A DNA stretch of 64,000 nucleotides, taken from NCBI GenBank assembly GCA_013911655.1, contig JACESU010000001.1:256063-320062 (forward strand). Reading direction: 5' to 3'. Position 1 is the stretch's first letter. Each line of letters starts with the position of its first letter. Of the stretch, positions 46,798 through 55,564 are shown piece by piece. The position numbers were made by a program, and so were the translations under genes. Origin of the DNA: Alphaproteobacteria bacterium. GTDB taxonomy: Bacteria > Pseudomonadota > Alphaproteobacteria > Caedimonadales > UBA1908. The notes under the pieces were generated by a model, which saw only the letters and a list, made by a program, of their open reading frames with translations, did no database searches and had not been told where the DNA came from.

Positions 46798-48657
46798 CTA
46801 GAACTGACGTCCTTCGTGTTGACCATAGCGCGTATAGTGAACCTTGAGTTTGTTGTCTCGTTCTTTTTCAGCACCACTCCTCGCATAGTCTTCAAGGTCT
46901 GGATTTTTGGCAAGATATCCAGCGGGTGTGAAATGACGCGGTAACTCAAATTTATATAATCGTCCTTCTTTTGCTGCATGGGTGATGAAGTGCCAGATGG
47001 CAAACGCGTGAGGATCCTTTTGTGAGAGAGCCACTGTTTTGATGTCATCGTTGAACAAAAAGTATGTTTCGACGTCAAAATCACTAGGAGGTCTGTATCG
47101 ACGCACCTCTTTAAAACCGTATTCACGGTAGTGTTCCTGAGCAAAGTAAAGAGGGTTAATTCCCTGAGAGTTTGCGAATGTTTGAATGTCGGGATTATAA
47201 AGCAGATAGGACGATGGTGAAAAAGAGCTTGGGACTTTCGTCAAGCTTGATATATAGCCCTCTGGTTTTGTCAAAACATGTTGATAAAAAGTGGCAAGTT
47301 GTTGTCGCGATGAATCATTAAGGCTACCGCGATTCAAAAAAGAATCATGTGTAACGCAAACAACGGCATTTAAATTCTTTATCTGCAAGGTTTCAAGTTC
47401 AGAACAATAGGTCATGAAATCACTCAGAGATCGCAGGGACGGTAAGCTTAAGATTGCAGAGCGGACAGATGATTCTGAAAGAGAATTGTAACCTATGCGG
47501 GTTAAGTTCGGACAATCTATGACCACAGCATTAAGAGTCGCCCTGTACAAAAGTCCCAGTTCTACAGTCTCCAAAGATGGAAACCTTAAGATCAAAGAAC
47601 TGTTTTCACTTTGAGGAAAAAAGGAAAATTCTAAAAAGTAGGAACCGATTGCGAGGAGTGTCGGGAAGTTTAATTTCAAATCAGCAATATGAGTATGTGC
47701 AAGAAAACTGCTTTTTACGGATCTCAAAGCTGGAAAATGTTTGAAATGTAAAAAGGAAATCTCTCTAGATTTATAAAGAAAATGATCATCTATTTCGATC
47801 ACAATTTTATGAGGATCCGACAACGTCAGATGACAGTTCCTTGTCATATCTTCGTTTGATAACTTAAAAGATCCGTTTTGAACAAAGCCTCCTTCTTCTG
47901 CGACTAAGTGGACGTGGTGAAAGGAGGGCGTTTTTAAGAGCGCGTCTAAGGCGTCCTTGTGATCACGAAGTTCTGTTGTGGTAAGAACAAAAGTATGGGG
48001 ATCTTGCTCAAAAGCGGTAACGGGCAAATCTGGCGTAAAGCGTACTAAGTGAGGATTTTTCTGCGTGCCTTGTAGCAAGGCGAGCGCCTTTTGTTTGGCA
48101 TCAGGTTTTGTGGGATTATAGGCCATGCGCTGCCAGGGAAGGACAGCCTCGAGGCATAAAAGATCCTGGGGAGAGAAAGTCGTCTTTTTCCCATGAAAGG
48201 CATGTTTGTACAATCTAGGGATAAGAGAAGCCACATCCTCAGTCGTTAAGGTTTGGCTTCCTTTTGGAAAGAGATACTGCTCAAATAGCATGAAGACAAC
48301 GCCGTTTTGGACGTAGGTGTTTTGCCCTTGGGTGACAAAGTACGGCGCTGAGAGATGGTCTGTTTTATGATCAAACAATACAGCTGTCTGCGCGCGATGA
48401 AACATCTTGTTTAAAGAGAGCCCTTGAGCGTTTTGCCACGTTTTGCAAACGGCTGCGACGTGCCCCGTGTCCTGCCAAGAGAGGTACCTTATCGCAAGAG
48501 GCAAAACATCACGAAAAGCGGGCGATGCAAAAGATAGATGCTGTTCTTGATCATCAAAGTTAGGATTAGAAGCTGCCGCAGGTGTGAGGCACGCAAGACT
48601 TGCGCCTGTGAGCAAAAGGGCCAACCGAGAGACAATTGTTTTCATCAAAATGCTCAT
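46798..48657 (-). CDS. secreted F-box-like / LRR protein with triple C-terminal repeat, paralog 5 (about 619 aa)
   Basis: The start is at the ATG at 48657 or 48645, downstream of its own promoter. Signal peptide (MSIL)MKTIVSRLALLLTGASLACLTPAAAS. AFRDVLPLAIRYLSWQDTGHVAAVCKTWQNA. Core QDLLCLEAVLPWQRMAY. Confidence 0.7.
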   Translation of the reverse strand: MSILMKTIVSRLALLLTGASLACLTPAAASNPNFDDQEQHLSFASPAFRDVLPLAIRYLSWQDTGHVAAVCKTWQNAQGLSLNKMFHRAQTAVLFDHKTDHLSAPYFVTQGQNTYVQNGVVFMLFEQYLFPKGSQTLTTEDVASLIPRLYKHAFHGKKTTFSPQDLLCLEAVLPWQRMAYNPTKPDAKQKALALLQGTQKNPHLVRFTPDLPVTAFEQDPHTFVLTTTELRDHKDALDALLKTPSFHHVHLVAEEGGFVQNGSFKLSNEDMTRNCHLTLSDPHKIVIEIDDHFLYKSREISFLHFKHFPALRSVKSSFLAHTHIADLKLNFPTLLAIGSYFLEFSFFPQSENSSLILRFPSLETVELGLLYRATLNAVVIDCPNLTRIGYNSLSESSVRSAILSLPSLRSLSDFMTYCSELETLQIKNLNAVVCVTHDSFLNRGSLNDSSRQQLATFYQHVLTKPEGYISSLTKVPSSFSPSSYLLYNPDIQTFANSQGINPLYFAQEHYREYGFKEVRRYRPPSDFDVETYFLFNDDIKTVALSQKDPHAFAIWHFITHAAKEGRLYKFELPRHFTPAGYLAKNPDLEDYARSGAEKERDNKLKVHYTRYGQHEGRQF

Positions 48658-48682
48658 AATATTAGATGTGTTTTTTTTTGCT

Positions 48683-48711
48683 TTTATAGAAAGTATGTGA
48701 TTTTGTGTCAA
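48683..48711 (-). promoter_or_regulatory. sigma70 promoter candidate for paralog 5
   Basis: On the minus strand: TTGACA (48711-48706), a 17-nt spacer, then TATAAA (48688-48683). This is the best consensus match of the five paralog promoters. Confidence 0.6.
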
Positions 48712-48765
48712 TAATTTATTCTATTTTAGATGGTATCTCTAAATAAGTTAAACGAAATAGAGAGG

Positions 48766-49260
48766 CTAATGAATGTGAAGGGCCTCAAGAAAACCCTGTA
48801 AGATCAAAGAGGCGGCAATACTGTCCACATGCTGCTTGTGGCGCTTTCTGGCAAGACCTGCCTCGTCAAGGCTCCAGGTGGCGGCAGCCGTTGACAGACG
48901 TTCGTCCCAAAAAAGGACCGGCACCCCAAGGGCGTTTTCAAGATTATGGGCAAAGGCGCGTGAAGCTTGGCTTCGGATACTTTCAGTGCCGTCCATATGC
49001 AAGGGAAGCCCTACCACAAAGCCGCAGACATCGTACCCATCAAGGGCCTTTTTGAGATTGTCCACAAGGACCGCAAATTTATCCCGGGGCAGGGTGCGAA
49101 GGGGGGTCGCAATTTGAGCACGGGCATCGCTTACCGCAAGGCCGAGGGTCTTTTTCCCCACATCAAGTCCGACGAAGCGGGCGGCCTGTGATTTGTTTTT
49201 TAAAATCTCAAGACCGCGCGCCGTGTCACTTGCAAAATCGTGGGGTGGGAGATAACTCAC
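48766..49260 (-). CDS. ruvX: Holliday-junction resolvase-like nuclease RuvX (YqgF)
   Basis: FVGLDVGKKTLGLAVSD and WDERLST motifs. The GTG start overlaps the prfB stop (GTGA). Confidence 0.85.
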   Translation of the reverse strand: MSYLPPHDFASDTARGLEILKNKSQAARFVGLDVGKKTLGLAVSDARAQIATPLRTLPRDKFAVLVDNLKKALDGYDVCGFVVGLPLHMDGTESIRSQASRAFAHNLENALGVPVLFWDERLSTAAATWSLDEAGLARKRHKQHVDSIAASLILQGFLEALHIH

Positions 49261-50367
49261 GCGTCATCGTCTCCTAGGCGTGCAGCAAGCGCTGCTTCTA
49301 GGTACGGATCAAGATCGCCGTCAAGAACGCCCTGGGCGTTGCCACGCTCGACCCCTGTGCGCAAATCTTTCACCATTTGATAGGGGTGAAGCACGTACGA
49401 GCGAATCTGGTGACCCCACCCTATTTCAGATTTTTGGGCGTTGGTCGCGCGCGCCGCGTCCTCACGGGCTTGAAGCTCACGTTCGTAAAGGCGCGAGCGT
49501 AGCATCGCCATGGCTTGGGCTTTGTTTTTGTGCTGAGAACGTTCGTTTTGGCATTGCACCACGATGTTGGTCGGAAGGTGCGTGATGCGAACGGCACTGT
49601 CTGTGGTATTGACGTGCTGGCCGCCAGCGCCTGACGAACGGTAAGTATCGATACGTAAGTCTTTTTCTTCGATGGCGATCTCAATGGCATCATCGACCAC
49701 GGGGTAAACACCGATGGAGGCAAAGCTTGTGTGGCGTCTGGCGTTGCTATCAAAGGGGGAAATGCGCACAAGTCGGTGGACGCCGCACTCAGTCTTGAGC
49801 CACCCAAAGGCCCGAAATCCTTTAACGCGCACAGTGCATGACTTGATACCTGCTTCTTCTCCCGCACTCTCCTCAATCCATTCAAGTTTGTATTTGTGCG
49901 CATCTGCCCATCTGGCGTACATGCGCTGGAGCATCAGCGCCCAGTCTTGCGCCTCGGTCCCACCAGCGCCTGCGTGGATTTCTAAAAAGCAGTCGTTGCC
50001 GTCGGCCTCACCGCTTAAGAGGCTTTCGATCTGGAGGCGGCGCGCTTCTTTTTGTAATGCCATCAGGCTTTCTTCGGCCTCCAGAACAAGGCCTTCCTCA
50101 TTTTCTTCTTCAGCCAGGGCGAGTAAGTCAACGGCATCCTTAAAACGGGATTCGAAGGCATCAAACTTACCCAGCGACGCGGCCAAGGTATCTCGCCTGC
50201 GCATAATTTCCTGGGCGCTTGCAGGGTCATTCCAAAGGTCTGGATCTTCTGCTTTTGTGTTTAGATCAACAAGAAGGGCGTGCGAGACGTCCCAGTCAAA
50301 GATGCCTCCGCAACAGGGCAAGACTTTGAGTGGTGGCATCAATACACTGAATCATTTCTGCTTTCAT
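49257..50367 (-). CDS. prfB: peptide chain release factor 2, expressed via programmed +1 frameshift (join 50367..50299 with 50297..49257)
   Basis: Frame 0 reads MKAEMIQCIDATTQSLALLRRHL and then TGA. Shifting +1 at CTT TGA C continues DWDVSHALL... The downstream frame has SPF (RISPFDS) and GGQ (GAGGQHVN). Confidence 0.92.
50296..50310 (-). other. RF2 programmed +1 frameshift site with internal SD-like element
   Basis: The minus strand reads CGG AGG CAT CTT TGA C. GGAGG sits 3 nt before the CUU-UGA-C slippery/stop context, as in E. coli prfB. Confidence 0.9.
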
Positions 50368-50401
50368 GGGGATCTCCTTAAAAAATTAAAGGGGTGGGGA
50401 C

Positions 50402-52924
50402 TTAATACAAGCCCCCGGTGCCTGAGACGCTTTCTTTGGGGGTATGGGTATCCACAAAATTATCAAGGCCGTCCTGATCTGTGGAAGGTCGATCATCCTC
50501 ACCGGAGGGCGGCGCGTCTTCAAGGGCGTCTTGGTCATAAGACGAATCGATTGTGTCTTCAGAAACGCGCGAAGGGGTGTCTTTTGCCTTGGGGTTAAAG
50601 GCCTCTAAAATCACGGGACCTCCTTCTTCTGAGGCAGGACGTCCTGTGGCTGCGCTGACGCGCATGAGCTTCACGCCGGGCGGCATGCGGAAGGGAACAG
50701 GCGCTTTGCCCACAAGAGCGCGCTTGAAAAACTCAAACACAGGAACAAGGCCTACACGGGCACCACTTTGATGATTCCCCATATAACGTGGGTGGTCAAA
50801 GCCGATATAGGCAGCAACGAGCAAATCTGGGGAGAAACCCACAAACCAGGCATCTTTAAAGTCGTTGGTGGTGCCCGTTTTGCCAGCTAGCGGATGACCA
50901 AGGGATGCAAGCTGACGGGCGGTACCGCGCTGCACGGCACCTTCAAGGAATGACACCATTTGATAAGCCGCCACAGGATCCAGGATCTGAGCGCGGTGAT
51001 CTTCTAGAAATGGCATATCCATGAGCGAGGTCGTTCCGCCAATACACGAAAGATCATCGCGCACAAAGACGTTCTTGCCGTGGCGGTTTTGAATCCGGTC
51101 AATCAAGGTCGGGTGGATTTTTTTCCCGCCATTAGCGATCATAGCGTGGGCGGTTGCCATTTTAAGAAGTGTGGTTTCGCCTGCCCCCAGGACCATGGCA
51201 AGTTGGCGCGGCATATTGCGGATGACGTTCAGGCGGTCGGCCATCTCGGCTACACTCTTAATCCCAAGCAGTTCATGGGTTAAGCGAATCGTCACCGTGT
51301 TACGAGAAAGCTCAAAGGCACGCCGCATGGTCATAGGGCCCATAAAAGAATTGTCATAGTTATGGGGGCGCCAAATGCCAAGACCGTGCCCCATATTAAT
51401 CACAAAAGGCGAGTCATCGATGATGGCCGAAGGAGACACGCCTTTTTCTAATGCCGTCATGTACACAACGGTCTTGAAAGCCGAGCCTGTTTGGCGCATG
51501 GCTTGGGTCACGCGGTTGAACTGGCTTGCGTTAAAATTAAAGCCGCCTTGCATGGCAAGGACGCGTCCTGAATGGGGATCCATGACTACAAGTCCACCGG
51601 ACACTTCGGGCACTTGGCATAGACGATAAGTGTCCTTTTCCTTGTCGAGTTGTTGGACGAAAACGACATCTCCAACACTTAAGACTTGCTGAGCGCTTGT
51701 AATCGCAGGTCCAAGAGAGTCAGCGCCAATATATTTCCTAGCCCATGTGAGTTCTGATAAAGGAATACGGCCGATCTGGCCAGGTGCAAAGCCCACAACG
51801 GCGGCGTCCTTTTGAAGGGAAAGAACAAGGGCGCGCGTCCACTTTTTCCCGCCCACAAACGAAGGAATTGTTTTGAAATGCTCGACCCAAGGGCCATTGG
51901 CTGTGGGCGTGCCTTCGTGGCTGGTGAGCGTAATATGGGCAAGGGGCCCCCGCCAACCATGACGCCGGTCATAAATTTCAAGGCCAGCCTGCAGTGATTC
52001 TTCGGCAAACTCTTGATAAACGGGATTCAGCGTGGTTCTGACAACATAGCCGTCATTATAAAGAGACTGCTCACCAAACTTGTCGATGAGCTCGCGCCGC
52101 ACTTCTTCAGCAAAGTATTCCCCTTCTACGCTCTGTCCAAGGGCACGTACTTTAGGTTCGAGGGGGGAGGCGATGGCAGTCGCTGCCTCGGCAGGGGTGA
52201 TTTTGCTATCATCTCGCATACGGGCCAAAACATAATTGCGCCGCTCGAGGGCGCGGGCGTGGTTCTTGGTGGGGTGGTAATGGTTGGGCGCCTTAGGCAG
52301 GGCCGCCAAAAAGGCCGCCTCTTGAAGGGTCAAGTCATCAAGGCCTTTGTTAAAGTAATAAAGGGCGGCCGCTGCCACGCCGTAGGCTCCTCCCCCCAGA
52401 TAAATCTCGTTTAAATAAAGCTCAAGGATGTAGTCTTTGGTGTACGCGTTTTCAATGCGCACGGCCAGAATCGCTTCTTTGATTTTACGCTCGAGGGACA
52501 CAAGGCTAGAGATATCCGCCAGCAAAAAGTTCTTGGCCACCTGCTGGGTGATGGTCGAGGCGCCAATGGGCCTTTTGGATGCTTGAATGCGGGAAATATT
52601 GGAGACAGCGGCGCCGATAATGCTGGGGACGTCCACGCCCATATGAGTATAAAAGTTCTTATCTTCGGCTGAGATAAAGGCATCCTTTACGCGCTGGGGA
52701 ATGGCGCGAAGGGGCACATACAGACGCTTTTCTTTGGCATATTCTCCAAAAACACGCCCGTCATTGGCATAGAATCTGGTTAAGACAGGAGGCTGATAGT
52801 TTGCGAGTTGCTGGTAGCTTGGCAGGCTTCTGCCGTAGTAATAAAACATGCCCACAACAGCGAGTCCCGCCACAAGGGCTGTACACAAAAGCGCTGTTAA
52901 AAGGGTTGAAATAAAACGCAGCAA
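50402..52924 (-). CDS. mrcA: penicillin-binding protein 1A (bifunctional glycosyltransferase/transpeptidase)
   Basis: GT51 motifs (AFISAEDKNFYTHMGVD, RKIKEA). Transpeptidase motifs SAFK (SxxK), SRN and KTGTT. N-terminal TM anchor. TTG start. Confidence 0.9.
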   Translation of the reverse strand: MLRFISTLLTALLCTALVAGLAVVGMFYYYGRSLPSYQQLANYQPPVLTRFYANDGRVFGEYAKEKRLYVPLRAIPQRVKDAFISAEDKNFYTHMGVDVPSIIGAAVSNISRIQASKRPIGASTITQQVAKNFLLADISSLVSLERKIKEAILAVRIENAYTKDYILELYLNEIYLGGGAYGVAAAALYYFNKGLDDLTLQEAAFLAALPKAPNHYHPTKNHARALERRNYVLARMRDDSKITPAEAATAIASPLEPKVRALGQSVEGEYFAEEVRRELIDKFGEQSLYNDGYVVRTTLNPVYQEFAEESLQAGLEIYDRRHGWRGPLAHITLTSHEGTPTANGPWVEHFKTIPSFVGGKKWTRALVLSLQKDAAVVGFAPGQIGRIPLSELTWARKYIGADSLGPAITSAQQVLSVGDVVFVQQLDKEKDTYRLCQVPEVSGGLVVMDPHSGRVLAMQGGFNFNASQFNRVTQAMRQTGSAFKTVVYMTALEKGVSPSAIIDDSPFVINMGHGLGIWRPHNYDNSFMGPMTMRRAFELSRNTVTIRLTHELLGIKSVAEMADRLNVIRNMPRQLAMVLGAGETTLLKMATAHAMIANGGKKIHPTLIDRIQNRHGKNVFVRDDLSCIGGTTSLMDMPFLEDHRAQILDPVAAYQMVSFLEGAVQRGTARQLASLGHPLAGKTGTTNDFKDAWFVGFSPDLLVAAYIGFDHPRYMGNHQSGARVGLVPVFEFFKRALVGKAPVPFRMPPGVKLMRVSAATGRPASEEGGPVILEAFNPKAKDTPSRVSEDTIDSSYDQDALEDAPPSGEDDRPSTDQDGLDNFVDTHTPKESVSGTGGLY

Positions 52925-53115
52925 ACCCGTATCTCCTGAAAAAAATGGCGTCCCTGGGTTTGGAAAACACCTTGATCCATAGCAGTCTTATACAATGTTC
53001 GTTCATAAAAAGAAACTGATTCTAAAGGCATGCTCTTTGTTTTTTCTATCCTATTTACTGTTTGTCATGGTGATGCTAGATTTTTGTTAACAATCAGTAA
53101 TAAAGAGGGAGATAA

Positions 53116-53730
53116 ATGATCTATTTTAAAAAAATAACCCGTGCTGTTCTATGTGGTTTATATCTGTGGGGGGTGAGTATCATCTCTGTTGAAGGAAGCC
53201 AAACAGCAACATTAGAAACAAAACAGGAAGAGGCAGCACCAGCGCCGTCTCTTGAAGAGATCCTCTCTCAGGATATCTTTAAGGTGACCCCAGCGATCCA
53301 CCCCGAGGTACAGAAATCCACAACGCTTTTAGTGTCGTGCATTGATTCTGATTTGCGAGATGAAGTACAAGATTTTGTGGAAAATACTTTGGGTTTAAAA
53401 AGCAACTACGACGAATTCATGATGCCGGGGGCCGCACTATCTTATCTTCAAATTGCTTATCCTGAGTGGGCACGCACCTTGGAAGACGTGATCAAAATGG
53501 CGAAGAACAATCAGGGAATAAAACGGGTTATTTTCTTGGATCACCTAGATTGTCAGGCGTATAAGTTGTTACACCCTTCTTATGCGCGTGAATCACACGA
53601 AAAGCAGCTTGAAGGTCATAAGAAAACCTTTGGGGAACTGCGCAAAAAGCTCTCTAAGGTATTTCCTGATTTGGTCGTCTATACCCTTGTCATGGATGAT
53701 CAAGGAACAATCCTTAATATTAAGGAGTAA
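53116..53730 (+). CDS. hypothetical exported protein with a beta-carbonic-anhydrase-like Cys/His/Cys pattern
   Basis: Signal-like N-terminus. LLVSCIDSDLRD ... VIFLDHLDCQAY is reminiscent of the CxDxR ... HxxC zinc site of beta-CAs. The assignment is tentative. Confidence 0.4.
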   Translation: MIYFKKITRAVLCGLYLWGVSIISVEGSQTATLETKQEEAAPAPSLEEILSQDIFKVTPAIHPEVQKSTTLLVSCIDSDLRDEVQDFVENTLGLKSNYDEFMMPGAALSYLQIAYPEWARTLEDVIKMAKNNQGIKRVIFLDHLDCQAYKLLHPSYARESHEKQLEGHKKTFGELRKKLSKVFPDLVVYTLVMDDQGTILNIKE

Positions 53731-54661
53731 TCTGTTTAGGGGCAGTAAGGGGGGTTTGACAAGAAGAAGGGGCACCTTTTTTAAGAGCAAGGAGATTTCC
53801 TGCAAAAAGAAAGAGCATCCCTCCAAGGGTGTAGCTATGCCAGGTCATTCCTTCAAACAGTTGGGAAAGAATCAATGACACAACGGGAATGAGCACAAAG
53901 GGATACCCCCCCTTGTCAGCGCCCAGCTGATTGAGCAGAAGCGTATAACATCCAAAGGCGACAGCCGAACCAAAAACGCTTAGGTACAAAAGAGAAGATA
54001 TATAAGGAAAAGAAAAATCAAAGGTTAGCGATTCCCCCTTCATGAGGGCGTAAAGAAGGCAAAAACCGGCGCCGTAAAGCATACTAAAAGCGCTGGAATG
54101 GAGGGGAGGGATTTGACGGTGACGCTCAATCAGGGTGTTGGCAAGAGCACTGCAAACACACCCTAAAAGAGATAAACTCATGCCTGCTAAGTGGCCGCGA
54201 TGTAAAGAAAATGAAAGGACTTCGGGCAGGAAAATGAGACCTATCCCCACAACGCCTAAAAGAGTGCTAAACAAAAGCCTTTGGCATAAGGGTCTTTTGA
54301 AAAATAAACTTACAAAAACAACGTTTAAAACGATGACAAACGAAAAGGAAACGGCGTTAAGGCCGCTTGGAATATAACGCGCTGCGTTGTAAATACACAG
54401 ATAACTAGCGCAGTACATCAAAAAGCCTTGGAGAGCGAAAAAAAGATGTTGTGAAAAAGAGTAGCGCGCTTTCTTTTTTTCAAAACCCATGGGAATAAAA
54501 AAGAAAAAGCTCGCAAGGAAAAAACGATAAGCAATAGACTGCTCAACGCTGACGATCCCCAGTTGAAACGTCGTCGCAAACCACGTCGATCCCCAAATAA
54601 GAATCGTAAGCGCATAAAGAAAGAAAACGCGAGGCACGACAGAGTACCGAGCAAAACTCAA
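53720..54661 (-). CDS. DMT (EamA-type) transporter
   Basis: 10 predicted TM segments. TTG start 19 nt downstream of the cheR stop. Confidence 0.7.
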   Translation of the reverse strand: MSFARYSVVPRVFFLYALTILIWGSTWFATTFQLGIVSVEQSIAYRFFLASFFFFIPMGFEKKKARYSFSQHLFFALQGFLMYCASYLCIYNAARYIPSGLNAVSFSFVIVLNVVFVSLFFKRPLCQRLLFSTLLGVVGIGLIFLPEVLSFSLHRGHLAGMSLSLLGCVCSALANTLIERHRQIPPLHSSAFSMLYGAGFCLLYALMKGESLTFDFSFPYISSLLYLSVFGSAVAFGCYTLLLNQLGADKGGYPFVLIPVVSLILSQLFEGMTWHSYTLGGMLFLFAGNLLALKKGAPSSCQTPLTAPKQITP

Positions 54662-54679
54662 CTAAACAACATTCTGATC

Positions 54680-55543
54680 TTAAGAGGGGTTTGCCAGTTT
54701 GTAAATGCCTCGTTTTCCTTCAACTAGCTCGAACAGATGGGAAAGCCCCAGAACGGTTTCCGAGCCACCTAACACTAGAAATGCATGGGGGTTCATCTGC
54801 TTGGAAATATTCTCAAGAACCTTTGCTTTTGTAGGAGGGTCAAAGTAAATCAGCACGTTCCTGCACATAACCACATCAAATTTGCCAATTCCTCTGAAAT
54901 CATCCAAGAGATTTAGAATCTGAAACTTTACGCTTTTACGGATTTCAGGGTCAATCTGCCAGTCACTTTCAACCTCTTTGAAGTATTTAACGAGCAGCTG
55001 AATAGGCAGGCCGCGCTGTACCTCGAACTGAGTGAACATACCGCTTTTAGCACGCTCGACAATGGCTGATGAAATGTCAGTGCCCACGATATCAATGCTC
55101 CACCCGGCAAACTCTCTTTTTTCCTTGAGAATCATCGAAAGTGTGTATGGCTCCTGACCAGAAGAACAGGCCGCGCACCAAATACGCATGTGTTTTACAG
55201 CTTTGTTCGTTTCGGCAATGCTTGGCAACATAAAATCTTTGAAAAGCTCAAAGGGTTTGCCGTCACGGAAAAAGAAGGTCTCGTGGGTTGCCATGGCGTT
55301 GATGACTTGAGTCGCAAGGCCCGATCTGTTGGCACGCAGGGCGCTGACAAGTTCACTGATATTCTTCAAACTGTTTTCCCGTGCCACGGGTAAAAGTCTG
55401 CTTTCGATCAAGTAGCCTTTGTCGGTGGAAAGGGCAAGCCCTGAGCGCGTTTTAAGTAAATCACACAGATATTGATAGTCAGCACTGGACAAATCACCGG
55501 CCACATTTTTTGTCGCTGTTGAAGGAGGCTGTAGCATTGTCAT
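54680..55543 (-). CDS. cheR: chemotaxis protein methyltransferase CheR
   Basis: ETFFFRD, IWCAACSSGQEPYTLSMIL and MCRNVLIYF are CheR signatures. Confidence 0.92.
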   Translation of the reverse strand: MTMLQPPSTATKNVAGDLSSADYQYLCDLLKTRSGLALSTDKGYLIESRLLPVARENSLKNISELVSALRANRSGLATQVINAMATHETFFFRDGKPFELFKDFMLPSIAETNKAVKHMRIWCAACSSGQEPYTLSMILKEKREFAGWSIDIVGTDISSAIVERAKSGMFTQFEVQRGLPIQLLVKYFKEVESDWQIDPEIRKSVKFQILNLLDDFRGIGKFDVVMCRNVLIYFDPPTKAKVLENISKQMNPHAFLVLGGSETVLGLSHLFELVEGKRGIYKLANPS

Positions 55544-55564
55544 AAGCGGTCTACCTTTCTTTTA

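Noticed and set aside
48658-48711. N-terminal extension of F-box paralog 5 starting at the TTG at 48711
   Set aside because: The extension contains the TTGACA-N17-TATAAA promoter itself. The signal peptide begins at the downstream ATGs.
49714-50598. 294-aa plus-strand ORF overlapping prfB and the end of mrcA
   Set aside because: It is antisense to RF2, whose SPF and GGQ motifs are clear on the other strand. The product is Ser/Arg/Ala-rich and looks like nonsense.
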